Shown piece by piece: positions 28,947 to 39,015 of a DNA stretch of 64,000 nt. The notes below the pieces were generated by a model. That model did not search any database. It saw only the letters and a program-made list of their open reading frames with translations, and was not told the origin of the DNA. A program made the position numbers and the translations under genes. Position 1 is the first letter of the stretch, and every line of letters starts with the position of its first letter. The stretch comes from Longimicrobiales bacterium (GTDB lineage: Bacteria; Gemmatimonadota; Gemmatimonadetes; Longimicrobiales; Gaopeijiaceae): the NCBI GenBank assembly GCA_041690395.1, contig JAWLHJ010000006.1, positions 294,530 to 358,529 of the forward strand. The letters run 5' to 3'.

Positions 28947-31900
28947 ATGATCCGTATCCAGCGCAGGCCGGAAGTCGACTTCCAGGAAGTCCTGGGCGCG
29001 ATGCGCCAGTACTTCGATCTGGATGGCACGCTCTCGGCCCTCCCGGGCGAGCGCGACCAGAACTACCTGCTCGAGACCGACGACGGACGCAGCTACGTCG
29101 TGAAGGTCAGCTCGCCCGAGGAACCGGACCCGATTCTCCGTTTCGAGACCGAGATGCTGGTGAAGTTGGCCGCGGAGACCGACGGGCTGGTCCCGGGCGT
29201 GCACCCGGCGAAATCCGGCGAGAACCTGGTCGAGTTCGAGGACGCGCAGGGTAAGAGCCACCGCATGCGGGTGGTCGACTTCCTCCCCGGCACGCTGCTC
29301 GCCAACGCGCGCCCGAGGACGGAGCCCCTGCTCTACGACTTCGGCCGGCGGGTCGCCGAGCTCGTGAGCGCGCTCGGGGGATACCCCGACCATCCGCCCG
29401 CGCGGTTCAACTTCGACTGGGCGCTCGGAAGCGCGGGCAGCGTCATGGAGCGCTGCCTGGACCTGTTCGACGGAGAGCAGCGGCAGCTCATCGAGAGCGT
29501 GCACCGGTCCTTCGACGAGCGCGGCCACGACTTCCTCGGCCTCGGCTCCCAGATCATCCACGGGGACATCAACGACCACAACGTGTTGGTCTCCGACCCC
29601 GACGGTACCCGGCGCTACGTCACCGGCTTCATCGATTTCGGCGACGCGCACTCCGCACCCCGGGTCTTCGACCTCGCGATCGCCATCGCGTACGCGACGC
29701 TCGGAACGTCGGATCCGGTCACCGCGGCCGCCACCATCGTGCGTGGCTTCAACGACGCGACGCCACTGCTCGAAGCGGAGATCGACGTGATCTTCACGCT
29801 GGCACGCGCCAGGCTCGGCCAGAGCGTCAGCGTAGCCGCGTGGAAGCGGAGTCAGGGCGAGGCCCTCGACGACTCCCACTTCGTGTCGGAGGCACCCGCG
29901 TGGGACCTCCTCCGGCGGCTCGACGGCCTCCCCGACAAGTTCCTCCGCGGGGTACTGCGCGACGCGTGCGGGCAGTCGGCCAACGTGCGCACGCCCTACC
30001 TCATGGAGTGGCTCGCGAAGCAGGAGTGCGAGCCGGTCATGGATATCCCGGAGGAGGACGGCGCGCTGGTCGCGCTCGACCTCGCGGTCGACAGCCCCTA
30101 CGTGGACGGACACGACACCGACGACACGGCCCTCTTCCAGACGCGCATCTCGAGGATGATCGCCGACGCCGGCGCGTCGATCGGAGTCGGTCGCTACCTG
30201 GAGCCCCGGGCGTTCTACCTGACCGACGCGTTCGCCGGGCGAGAGGGCGATCCACGCGAGCGGAGGACGGTGCACCTCGGCATCGACCTCTTCACACACG
30301 AGGGGACCGATATCCGGGCGCCGCTGGCCGGTAAGGTGCGCGCCATCGAGAACAACTCGGCCCGCCTCGACTACGGCCCCACGGTGGTCCTCGAGCACCA
30401 GTCCCCGCACGGCCGGTTCTGGACCCTCTACGGACACCTCTCGATGGAGTCGATCGATTCCCTCGAGATCGGTCGCGAGATCCGGGCCGGCGAGCAGTTC
30501 GCCCGTCTCGGCGGGCCGCCCGAGAACGGGGACTGGCCGCCGCACCTCCACTTCCAGATCGTCACGCACTTTCTGGGACACGGAGGTGATTTCCCGGGCG
30601 TGGCGCTGCCGCGCGAGCGGAGCGTGTGGGCGTCGTTCTCACCCGATCCGAACGTCATCCTCGGCCTTCCGGTGGACGCGACTTACCAGGAGCCGGAGGA
30701 CCTCGCCGAACGGCGCTCACGCGCGCTCCCGGCCAATCTCTCCCTCTCCTACGCTTCTCCCATCCACGTGGTGCGGGGCCGGGGCACGCGGCTCTACGAC
30801 CCGCTCGGGCGTGCGTACCTCGACTGCGTGAACAACGTCGCGCACGTCGGACACGAGCACCCCGAGGTCGTCCGCGCGGGACAGCGCCAGATGGCCGTGC
30901 TCAACACGAACACGCGTTATCTCCACGAGAAGGTCGTCGAATACGCGGAGCGCCTCGCCGCCCTCCTACCGGACCCGCTCTCCTGCTGCTTCTTCGTGAA
31001 CTCCGGGAGCGAGGCGAACGAGCTGGCGCTCCGCATGGCCCGCGCCCACACGAACGGCTCGGGCGTGGTCGCGCTCGAGGGTGGCTACCATGGGCATACG
31101 CAGACGCTCATCGACGTGAGTCACTACAAGTTCGCCAGCCCCGGCGGCATGGGGGCTCCGCCATGGGTCCGGGTCGCCCCCGCCCCGGACGAGTACCGCG
31201 GCCGCTACGGCCGTAGCATGCCGGATCGCGCGGCCCGCTACGCCGGCCACGTGAAGGAGGCCCTGGCGGAGCTCCGCGGCGCGTCCATCACGCCGTCGGC
31301 GTTCATCGCCGAGACGTTCCTCTCGTGCGGCGGCCAGATCGAGCCACCTCAGGGCTACCTCGCCGCGGCGTACGCGCACGCCCGCAGCTTCGGCGCCGTC
31401 TGTATCGCGGACGAGATCCAGACCGGCTTCGGGCGCATCGGGAGCGACTTCTGGTCGTTCGAGTCGCAGGATGTGGTGCCCGACATCGTCACCCTCGGCA
31501 AGCCGGTCGGGAACGGCCACCCGATCGGGGTGGTCGTCACGACACCCGAGATCGCCGAATCGTTCGACAACGGCATGGAGTTCTTCAGCACCTTCGGCGG
31601 GAATCCCGTCTCGGCCGCGATCGGGCTCGCGGTCCTCGACGTCCTCGAGGCGGAGCGGCTGCAGGACCGCGCCGCGGTGCTCGGCGGGACCCTCAAGGGC
31701 TCGCTGGCCTCGCTGGCCATGAGGCACGAGGTCGTGGGCGACATCCGCGGCCGGGGGCTCTTCCTGGGGATCGAGCTCGTTTCCGACCGGGGATCGAGGC
31801 GGCCGGCGCCGGACATCGCCCGCTACGTGATCGACCGCATGGCGGACCGCGGCGTCCTCCTGGGAGCCGACGGGCCGGCGCACAACGTCCTCAAGATCAA

Positions 31901-32021
31901 GCCGCCGATGCCGTTCACGGAGGAGGACGGAGAGAGGCTGGTCGAGGAGCTCGACCGCGTGCTCGCCGAGGACGCCGTCCTCTGGATGGCGGAGCACGCG
32001 CCGGCAGACGACGGCGCTTGA
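28947..32021 (+). CDS. fusion of APH/hydroxylysine-kinase-like phosphotransferase, M23 peptidase domain and class III PLP aminotransferase/phospho-lyase
   Basis: GERDQNY, HGDINDHN, IDFGD; HLGIDL, PHLHFQ; YLDCVNNVAHVGH, ADEIQTGFGR, TLGKPVGNG, LKIKPP. Confidence 0.9.
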   Translation: MIRIQRRPEVDFQEVLGAMRQYFDLDGTLSALPGERDQNYLLETDDGRSYVVKVSSPEEPDPILRFETEMLVKLAAETDGLVPGVHPAKSGENLVEFEDAQGKSHRMRVVDFLPGTLLANARPRTEPLLYDFGRRVAELVSALGGYPDHPPARFNFDWALGSAGSVMERCLDLFDGEQRQLIESVHRSFDERGHDFLGLGSQIIHGDINDHNVLVSDPDGTRRYVTGFIDFGDAHSAPRVFDLAIAIAYATLGTSDPVTAAATIVRGFNDATPLLEAEIDVIFTLARARLGQSVSVAAWKRSQGEALDDSHFVSEAPAWDLLRRLDGLPDKFLRGVLRDACGQSANVRTPYLMEWLAKQECEPVMDIPEEDGALVALDLAVDSPYVDGHDTDDTALFQTRISRMIADAGASIGVGRYLEPRAFYLTDAFAGREGDPRERRTVHLGIDLFTHEGTDIRAPLAGKVRAIENNSARLDYGPTVVLEHQSPHGRFWTLYGHLSMESIDSLEIGREIRAGEQFARLGGPPENGDWPPHLHFQIVTHFLGHGGDFPGVALPRERSVWASFSPDPNVILGLPVDATYQEPEDLAERRSRALPANLSLSYASPIHVVRGRGTRLYDPLGRAYLDCVNNVAHVGHEHPEVVRAGQRQMAVLNTNTRYLHEKVVEYAERLAALLPDPLSCCFFVNSGSEANELALRMARAHTNGSGVVALEGGYHGHTQTLIDVSHYKFASPGGMGAPPWVRVAPAPDEYRGRYGRSMPDRAARYAGHVKEALAELRGASITPSAFIAETFLSCGGQIEPPQGYLAAAYAHARSFGAVCIADEIQTGFGRIGSDFWSFESQDVVPDIVTLGKPVGNGHPIGVVVTTPEIAESFDNGMEFFSTFGGNPVSAAIGLAVLDVLEAERLQDRAAVLGGTLKGSLASLAMRHEVVGDIRGRGLFLGIELVSDRGSRRPAPDIARYVIDRMADRGVLLGADGPAHNVLKIKPPMPFTEEDGERLVEELDRVLAEDAVLWMAEHAPADDGA

Positions 32022-32037
32022 CCGCTCCGGGCCCGCG

Positions 32038-33261
32038 TCACGAGGGGCCCTGGACCACCTCGAGCAGACGCTCCCTCACGAGCCCGTCGACGCTCATCCG
32101 GAGCGTGTACGCTCCTGGCGCGACCAGGACGTCATCCCGCGTGCCCACCGCGTCGCGCCCGCCCGCTTCCTCCTGCCCATCCGTGGCTCCCGTCTCGAGC
32201 GGGACGGACAGATCCCAGGTGAGCCGGTGCACACCGGCTCGCGCTCCCGGCAGACGACGGCCCTCGTCGTCGCGTCCGCCCGCGGCGAGCGTCGTTAGCA
32301 CGCTTCCCTCCCCGTCGAGCACCTCGACTCGGACGCTCCCGACGAACGACGGGAGGAGATAGTCGACGTACACCACGGTCCGGTCGTCGAGGTGGACGGG
32401 CGCAGGCGCGAAGAGGTACGGCTCGCCGGACATCAAGCCCTCCATCACGTACCTGAGCGGAGCGATGTCGTCCAGCACGAAGCGCCCATGCTCGCGTGTG
32501 TCGACCACGAGGTCGCGTCCGGTGATCGACAACGCGGTCACATCCGCTTCCGGCATCCCCAGGGAGAGGCGGTCCCAGGCGAGCGCGCCGTTGAAGGACA
32601 CGTAGACCCCGAGGCGTGACCCGACGAAGAGAAGGTCGGGGTTCTCGGGATCCTCGGCGAAGGCGCTCACGGGCTCGTCGTCGGGAAAGCCCGACCCCGC
32701 ACCGGTGACGACGTCGTAATCGGATCCGTACCCCTCGTAGCGGATCAGCAGCGGCACGGGGGGAACGTCCGCAGGGGTGCCCGCGACTACGTAGGCGGTT
32801 CCCCCGTCGTGGGCCGACGCGACCAGCGCTCGAACGAAGGTGCCGTCCGGCGACGGACCGATGAGCGTTTCCCAGGACAGGCCGCCGTCCCTCGTGAGAT
32901 GAAGCGACCCGTCGCGCCCGCCGGCCCAGAGCAAGCCCGGCTCGAGCGGGCTCTCGGCGACCGCGGCGAGCCCTCCGGGGGCGAGTGTCGGGCTGATCGC
33001 CGTCCAGCTCCCGCCACCGTCCATCGATCGGTGCACGGCGCCGTCCACCCGGTACCGGAGCGACGGATCGTGGGGCGACACGATCTCGGCGGGCCCTTCG
33101 CCGGACCCGGCGGCGTCACCGGCCTCCGTCCCAGCGGAGGCCCTGAACGCGATCCCCTGGTACACCTGGTCCAGCCGCGAGGAGCGGTCCTGGGCTTCGA
33201 CAGCGGCCGGCGGCAGGGTCAGCAGCACGCCCAGAATCACGGAACCCCGCCACCTCCTCAT
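32038..33261 (-). CDS. exported Asp-box (BNR)/VPS10-like beta-propeller protein, shortened
   Basis: signal peptide; SMDGGGSW, TRDGGLSW, EDPENPDLLFVGS; C-terminal GVHRLTWDL..PGAYTLR. Confidence 0.75.
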   Translation of the reverse strand: MRRWRGSVILGVLLTLPPAAVEAQDRSSRLDQVYQGIAFRASAGTEAGDAAGSGEGPAEIVSPHDPSLRYRVDGAVHRSMDGGGSWTAISPTLAPGGLAAVAESPLEPGLLWAGGRDGSLHLTRDGGLSWETLIGPSPDGTFVRALVASAHDGGTAYVVAGTPADVPPVPLLIRYEGYGSDYDVVTGAGSGFPDDEPVSAFAEDPENPDLLFVGSRLGVYVSFNGALAWDRLSLGMPEADVTALSITGRDLVVDTREHGRFVLDDIAPLRYVMEGLMSGEPYLFAPAPVHLDDRTVVYVDYLLPSFVGSVRVEVLDGEGSVLTTLAAGGRDDEGRRLPGARAGVHRLTWDLSVPLETGATDGQEEAGGRDAVGTRDDVLVAPGAYTLRMSVDGLVRERLLEVVQGPS

Positions 33262-33941
33262 TCCATCGCCCCCACCCATTCGGAGAACGTCCGGCACGCC
33301 TCGTCGAGCACCTCGTCGTCGGTGCGGCCCGAGCGCTTCAACACGTGGAAGCCGTGGTCGGCGCCCTCCAGGACGTGCAGCGTCGGGCGGGGCGAGACAT
33401 CGTCCAGCAGGGGCTCCATGAGCTCGAGGTTGGCCAGCTTGTCACGCGTACCTTGCAGGAAGAGCATGGGCAGCCCGACGCTCGCGAGGTGCGCCCCGCG
33501 CTCGACCGATTCACGTCCTGCGGGGTGGAGCGGGAAGCCGAAGAAGGCGAGGCCGACCACGCCCGGGAGCGGCTCCGCCGAGGCCGCGGTCGACGTCATG
33601 CGTCCGCCCATCGACTTCCCGCCGGCGATCAAGGGTACGCCGGGCACCCGGATCCCTGCCTCCAGCACCGCGGCCCGGACGGTCTCGACGAGCACCGGCG
33701 GTCGGTCGGGGGCCTTCCGACCTGCCTCCATGTACGGGAACTGGTACCGTAGCGTCGTCACGCCGAGGCCGGCCAGGCGCCGCGCCACGCTCTCCATGAA
33801 TGCGTGCCGCATGCCCGCCCCTGCTCCGTGCGCGAAGACGAAGGCCGCTCGTGGCTTCCCGCGCGCGCGGGTGAGCAGAGCCGTGACCGGCCCCTTGTCG
33901 CCCGCCTCGAGCGTCAGCTCGCTCCCGTCGGCCCCGGCCAT
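33258..33941 (-). CDS. alpha/beta hydrolase (dienelactone hydrolase / KANL3-Tex30-like)
   Basis: FAHGAGAGM, GGKSMGGR, QGTRDKL, GADHGF. Confidence 0.9.
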   Translation of the reverse strand: MAGADGSELTLEAGDKGPVTALLTRARGKPRAAFVFAHGAGAGMRHAFMESVARRLAGLGVTTLRYQFPYMEAGRKAPDRPPVLVETVRAAVLEAGIRVPGVPLIAGGKSMGGRMTSTAASAEPLPGVVGLAFFGFPLHPAGRESVERGAHLASVGLPMLFLQGTRDKLANLELMEPLLDDVSPRPTLHVLEGADHGFHVLKRSGRTDDEVLDEACRTFSEWVGAME

Positions 33942-33954
33942 CCCTGACCCGCGG

Positions 33955-34626
33955 TCAGCGTCCGAGGCCGATCCGGAACCCCAGGCTCAGGATGGGCCAG
34001 AGGTCGATGTACGTCGGGAGATCGTTCTCGAAATTGGTCTCCTCCTGGTCGAGCCGGTCCCGGAACTCGGGCTCATTGGACAGCGTTCCGCCCGACGCAT
34101 CGAGCGACACCCGCGTCTGCTCCTGGAAGGCGAGACCGAGATCGAGGGTCAAGCCGAAGCCGCTCGACGTGTGCTTTCCGAAGCCGATGAGCACGTAGGG
34201 CGCGCGCTCACCGTTGTCGAGCGTTCCCGTCAGCGTCCCGATCTGCTCGGGGGTGAACTCCTGCCCCCCGATGTCCTGCGGCGTCGTGGGCGTGGCCGAC
34301 AGCAGCACGTCGTCCGACCTGAACAGGTAGCCGGCGCCGATCCGCATCGCGCCCGTGAGATAGAGGTCCACGCCCAGGTTGTACCAGGTGCGCGGCAGCT
34401 CCAGCGTCAGGTCGATGTCGTCGATCGTCCCGGTGATCTCGAACGGGAGAACGCCTACGCCCCCGCGAACCACCAACCTCTCGCCGAGGGCCAGCCCCGC
34501 GTCGGCGCCGAGCCCGAGGCTGCCTCCGCGCGCGGCCACGCCGATCTGCGCCGCACCGGGCCGCGGGAGCACGCCCAACGCGACGAGTCCGGCGACCACC
34601 ACCACCCACTTCGACGTTCCACGCAT
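33955..34626 (-). CDS. outer-membrane beta-barrel protein
   Basis: signal peptide, GSLGLG, APYVLIGFG, C-terminal PILSLGFRI beta strand. Confidence 0.75.
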   Translation of the reverse strand: MRGTSKWVVVVAGLVALGVLPRPGAAQIGVAARGGSLGLGADAGLALGERLVVRGGVGVLPFEITGTIDDIDLTLELPRTWYNLGVDLYLTGAMRIGAGYLFRSDDVLLSATPTTPQDIGGQEFTPEQIGTLTGTLDNGERAPYVLIGFGKHTSSGFGLTLDLGLAFQEQTRVSLDASGGTLSNEPEFRDRLDQEETNFENDLPTYIDLWPILSLGFRIGLGR

Positions 34627-34633
34627 GAAATGA

Positions 34634-35452
34634 TCAATCCGTCTTGTAGAGATGCACGTCTCGCTGGGGGAACGGAATCGAGCAGCCGGCCGCCTCGAGA
34701 TTCTCCTTGAGCGCTCGGGTCAGGTCCCACCGGGTCGCCCAGTAGTCCGAGGTACCGACCCACGGACGGACCACCAGGTTCACCGACGAGTCACCCAACT
34801 CATGTACCGCCACGACCGGCTCGGGGTCCTCGAGCACCCTGGGGTCGGCCGAGATGACGTCCAGGCAGGTCCGGACCGCGACCCCCAGATCGTCGTCGTA
34901 TCCGACACCCATCACGAGGTCGATGCGGCGGGTGTCGTTCGCCGAGTAGTTCTGCATCGTCTGTCCGAACACATGGGAGTTCGGGATGCGGATCTCGACG
35001 TTGTCGGGCGTTGCCAGGACGGTCGAGAAGATTCCGACGGCCTTCACGGTTCCGGACTCTCCGCCGATCTCGACGAAGTTCCCGATGTCGAAAGGCCGGA
35101 AGGTCAGCAGCATCACGCCGGCCGAGAAATTCGAGAAGGTGTCCTGGAAGGCCAGGGCGATGGCAAGCCCGGCGGCGCCCAGTACCGCCACGAACGACGT
35201 CGTCGAGACACCGAGGGTGTTCACCGCCGCGATCGCCACGACGGCGATGAGGAGCACGTACGTCACGCCCGTCAGGAAGGGCGCGAGCATCGGGTCGACG
35301 TTGCTGCGTCCGAGCGCGCGCTGCGTGACGCTCCTGGCCCAACGCGCCAGAAGGAGCCCGATGAGGAACACCGCCAGCGCTCCGAGCACGCGGGGCGTCC
35401 ACGCGGCGACGACGGAGGAGGCGTTCTGCAGGAGGGCTTCGAAGTCGATCAT
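34634..35452 (-). CDS. mscS: small-conductance mechanosensitive channel
   Basis: AVLGAAGLAIALAFQDTFSNF, RPFDIG, IPNS, IPFPQRDVH. Confidence 0.93.
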   Translation of the reverse strand: MIDFEALLQNASSVVAAWTPRVLGALAVFLIGLLLARWARSVTQRALGRSNVDPMLAPFLTGVTYVLLIAVVAIAAVNTLGVSTTSFVAVLGAAGLAIALAFQDTFSNFSAGVMLLTFRPFDIGNFVEIGGESGTVKAVGIFSTVLATPDNVEIRIPNSHVFGQTMQNYSANDTRRIDLVMGVGYDDDLGVAVRTCLDVISADPRVLEDPEPVVAVHELGDSSVNLVVRPWVGTSDYWATRWDLTRALKENLEAAGCSIPFPQRDVHLYKTD

Positions 35453-35551
35453 CGGGGTCCTCGGCTCGGCGGAGTAACGTCCTGGATGCCCCGGAAGCTG
35501 CGCCCAGGCGCCGCATCACGCCACCCGCGGCGGGCGGCGCCGCCCGCCCGG

Positions 35552-37750
35552 CTATCCCGCGAACAACCTCCAGATCTGTGCCACGAGGAAGCAGACGGTC
35601 ACGCCCATGACGACCGGCATGAACGTCGCGACCGCGGTCCACTTCGCGCTCCTCGTCTCCTTGTAGATCGTGTAGATCGTCGTGGAGCACGGGTTATGGA
35701 GGAGGCTGAAGAGCATCAGGTTCACGGCGGTGAGTAGCGTCCAACCCCCCGAGCGGAGGAGCTCCCCGGTCTCGTCGACCGAGTCGAGCTCGAACATGAC
35801 GCCCGCACCCTGCCCGCCGTCCATGCCCCCTGTGAGCACCGTGAGCATCAGGATGGTCGGGATGACGATCTCGTTCGCCGGGATCGCCACGACGTAGGCC
35901 AGGAGAATCACTCCGTTCAGGCCGATGATCATGCCGACCGGATCGAGGCCGTCCACGATCGCCGCGGCGAGGCTCGTGTCGCCGAAGGGGATGTTCGAGA
36001 GGAGCCAGATCACCGCGCCCGCCGGGACCGCGAACATGACCGCCCTCCAGAGCACGATCAGCGTGCGGTCGATGACCGACGTGTAGAGCGTCTGGAGGAT
36101 CCGCGGCGGACGGTACGGAGGGAGCTCGAGGCTGAAGCTGGACGCCTCGCCGCGGAGCACCGTCCGGGACAGGAACCATGACGAGAGGAACATCATGAGG
36201 ACGCCGAGCAGCGCGATGGCGACCACCGCGGCCGCGCTCACCACGCCCCCGAGCACGCCAGGCGCGAGCGCGCCGATGAAGATGGACGCGATGAGGATCT
36301 GGGTCGGCCACCGGCCGTTGCAGAGCGAGAAGTTGTTCGTGATGATCGCGATGAGCCGCTCGCGCGGGCTGTCGATGACGCGCGTGGACACGACGCCGGC
36401 CGCGTTGCAGCCGAAGCCCATGCACATGGTGAGGGCCTGCTTGCCGTGCGCCCCGGCCTTCCGGAAGAGCGCGTCCAGGTTGAACGCGACCCGCGGCAGA
36501 TATCCGAAGTCCTCCAGCAGCGTGAAGAGCGGAAAGAAGATCGCCATGGGCGGCAGCATCACGCTCACAACCCACGCCGTCGACAGGTAGACTCCGTCCA
36601 CGAGCAGTCCGTCGAGCCACCAGGGCAGGGAAGCCGCGGCCGCCAGCCCCTTGAGCAACGGATGCACCGTGTCCACCAGGAGGTCGGCGAGCATGGACGA
36701 CGGCACGTTCGAGCCGGCGATCGTCAGCCAGAACACGATGGCCAACATCGCGAGCATCAGAGGAAAGCCCCAGACGCGGCTGGTCAGGAGCCGGTCGAGC
36801 TTCCGGTCGAACGCGAAGCCGGCCTTCTTGAGCCCGCCCAGGCGCACGCGTTCGGAGATCTCCTCGGCCGCGTGGTAGGCACGTTCCGTGACGCGGTCGT
36901 GGAAGTCCGGGGGGAGGTCCCAGCGAAGCCGGCTCGCGGCCTCCAATACCCGCTCTCTCTCGAAGTCGGGCGGTAGAGGTGTCTCGACCCCGCGCTCGTC
37001 TCCCACGCGCCCCAGCTCCCCCGACCGGACCGCTTCACGCACCGCTTCGTCCGCGTTGAGGAGGCGGAGCGCCACCCAGCGGGTGTTCGGAAGCCCGGGA
37101 TAGGCGTCGTCGATCACATCCGAGAGCTCGGACACCGCGCGCTCGACGGTCGGGGCGTGCTCACCGATCCGGTACGGCTGGTTGCGACGGGCTCCCGTGG
37201 CGACGCGGTGCGCGGCTTCGAGAAGGTCGTCGACGCCCACGCCCTCCCGGGCGATCCCGGGAACGACCGGCACGCCCAGCTCCTCCTCGAGCCGCTTCGC
37301 GTCGATCCCGATGCCGTGCCGCCGGGCCTCGTCGATGAGGTTGAGGAAGACGACGACCCGGTCCGTGATCTCGAGGATCTGGATGACCAGGTTCAGGTTC
37401 CGCTCGAGGCGGGTCGCGTCGACGACGACCACGGTCACGTCGGGGCGACCGAAGAGGATGAAGTCGCGGGCGACCTCTTCGTCGACGCTGCCGGCCTGGA
37501 GCGAGTAGGTGCCCGGGAGGTCGACGACCTTCACGCGGCTCCCCTCGTGCGCGAACACCCCCTCGGCCCGGACCACCGTCTTACCGGGCCAGTTGCCCGT
37601 GTGCTGCCTGAGCCCCGTGAGCCGGTTGAAGACGGTGCTCTTCCCGACGTTGGGGTTCCCGGCCAGCGCCACCAGGTAGTCCCACCGGTCCGGGCTGAGG
37701 CCGAGCCGGACGAGGTTCCGCCTCCTGTGATGCTCGGTCGCGGTGCTCAA
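35552..37750 (-). CDS. feoB: FeoB family divalent metal transporter (TTG start overlapping upstream stop)
   Basis: GNPNVGKS, GNWPGKTV, DLPGTYSL, GFGCN, ELPPY. Confidence 0.95.
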   Translation of the reverse strand: MSTATEHHRRRNLVRLGLSPDRWDYLVALAGNPNVGKSTVFNRLTGLRQHTGNWPGKTVVRAEGVFAHEGSRVKVVDLPGTYSLQAGSVDEEVARDFILFGRPDVTVVVVDATRLERNLNLVIQILEITDRVVVFLNLIDEARRHGIGIDAKRLEEELGVPVVPGIAREGVGVDDLLEAAHRVATGARRNQPYRIGEHAPTVERAVSELSDVIDDAYPGLPNTRWVALRLLNADEAVREAVRSGELGRVGDERGVETPLPPDFERERVLEAASRLRWDLPPDFHDRVTERAYHAAEEISERVRLGGLKKAGFAFDRKLDRLLTSRVWGFPLMLAMLAIVFWLTIAGSNVPSSMLADLLVDTVHPLLKGLAAAASLPWWLDGLLVDGVYLSTAWVVSVMLPPMAIFFPLFTLLEDFGYLPRVAFNLDALFRKAGAHGKQALTMCMGFGCNAAGVVSTRVIDSPRERLIAIITNNFSLCNGRWPTQILIASIFIGALAPGVLGGVVSAAAVVAIALLGVLMMFLSSWFLSRTVLRGEASSFSLELPPYRPPRILQTLYTSVIDRTLIVLWRAVMFAVPAGAVIWLLSNIPFGDTSLAAAIVDGLDPVGMIIGLNGVILLAYVVAIPANEIVIPTILMLTVLTGGMDGGQGAGVMFELDSVDETGELLRSGGWTLLTAVNLMLFSLLHNPCSTTIYTIYKETRSAKWTAVATFMPVVMGVTVCFLVAQIWRLFAG

Positions 37751-38790
37751 GCCGCTCCCTCCTCGGCCGCTTCATCCGACGGAGCGATACGGATCCATTC
37801 GGCCTGCTCGCCGCGCAGGGCAATCAGCGCACCGCGGATCCGATAGGCCACCGGGTCACCGAAGGCGCTCGCCAACTCCGCCGTGATGCGTGCTCCTCGC
37901 ACGATCCCGAGGTCCAGCAGCCTGCGGCGCTGAGCCCCGCGGCAGGCGGGAGACAGCTCCAGCACGACACCCGCCATGCCGGGCGAGAGGTCGCGGAGGG
38001 TGTGCACCGGTCGGTCGACGTCGTCGCCCTCGTCGAGCCGGCGAACGGTGACGTTTCTGGCCGTCAGCGCGGGCAGATTCCACGTACGGCCGCCGGCGCG
38101 AAGACGCACGGCGCTCGGCGTGCGCTCGATCACCTCCAGGCGGGACCCCAGGGCGAGTCCTTCCTCGAGCAACGCCTCGTACAGCTCACGCGGCTCGTCC
38201 TCGAGATGGATGATCTCGACCGCGGTCCCCGGCTCCACCGAAGCGAGCGTCGTGTCGTCCATGGCCGGGAGTTGGCCGGACGACGTGGGAATCGGGTCTC
38301 CGTGGGGGTCCCACCGCGGATGCCCGAGGCGGGCGGCCAGACGTTCGGTCTCCTCGGGGCTCAACGTGTGCTCCACGTGCTCCGCCTCCGCGTGCCACTC
38401 GGACGGCGGGACGCTCGTGCGGTCCGCCAGGTAGCGCTCCCAGAGGCGGTGCGTCCGCACGAGCTGGAGAGCGGAGGCACGGCCCTCGTCCGTGAGGGCC
38501 GGGCCGTCCGGGCCCGACCGGACGAGCTCCAGCTCGGAGAGCCTCCCGAGCAGGTCGGCGGCCTTCCCGGTCGATACCCCGAGCTGCCCAGCGACGCTCT
38601 CCAGGGAACACGCGCGCCCGACGCTCTCGCACGTATAGACGTGCTTCAGGGCATCCTCCACGAGAACGCGCTCACTGGTGCGCGCGACCCTGGCGACGCG
38701 TGCCGCGATCCCCTTCCGCGGCCAGAAGACCAGGGCTGCGATTACGACGAGCGCACCGAACAGCGCGAGGGCGAGGGTCGGACCGATCAC
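37747..38790 (-). CDS. DtxR/MntR family metal-dependent regulator with N-terminal TM helix and two FeoA domains
   Basis: hydrophobic N-terminus; VEDALK, HRLWERYL, EAEHVEH, DPHGDPIP; two SH3/FeoA-like domains (RRRLLDLG..GDPVAYRIRG..ALR). Confidence 0.88.
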   Translation of the reverse strand: MIGPTLALALFGALVVIAALVFWPRKGIAARVARVARTSERVLVEDALKHVYTCESVGRACSLESVAGQLGVSTGKAADLLGRLSELELVRSGPDGPALTDEGRASALQLVRTHRLWERYLADRTSVPPSEWHAEAEHVEHTLSPEETERLAARLGHPRWDPHGDPIPTSSGQLPAMDDTTLASVEPGTAVEIIHLEDEPRELYEALLEEGLALGSRLEVIERTPSAVRLRAGGRTWNLPALTARNVTVRRLDEGDDVDRPVHTLRDLSPGMAGVVLELSPACRGAQRRRLLDLGIVRGARITAELASAFGDPVAYRIRGALIALRGEQAEWIRIAPSDEAAEEGAA

Positions 38791-38837
38791 GAGGCGAGGC
38801 CTCCCGCCTCAGTGCTCGCCAAGACTCCAAGAGAGTA

Positions 38838-38853
38838 TTTAGGCATACCTAAA
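38838..38853. promoter_or_regulatory. candidate DtxR/MntR-family operator
   Basis: AT-rich palindrome TTTAGG-CATA-CCTAAA 48 nt upstream of the regulator start, overlapping a possible TTGACG-N17-CAGGTT promoter (minus strand, 38852-38880). Confidence 0.7.
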
Positions 38854-39015
38854 CCTGGGGCCCAACAGACCGGTCGTCAAGCACCCGGGTGCCCGCGGCC
38901 CCGCTTGCCGTGCGACCTCCGCCGGGCGAACATCCTGCCGTGCCCGTCCCAGCCCGATCGGCTCGGCCCGTGGCGCCGGTCGCGCGTTCATCTCCAGCGT
39001 TCAACTCGCCTCGGT

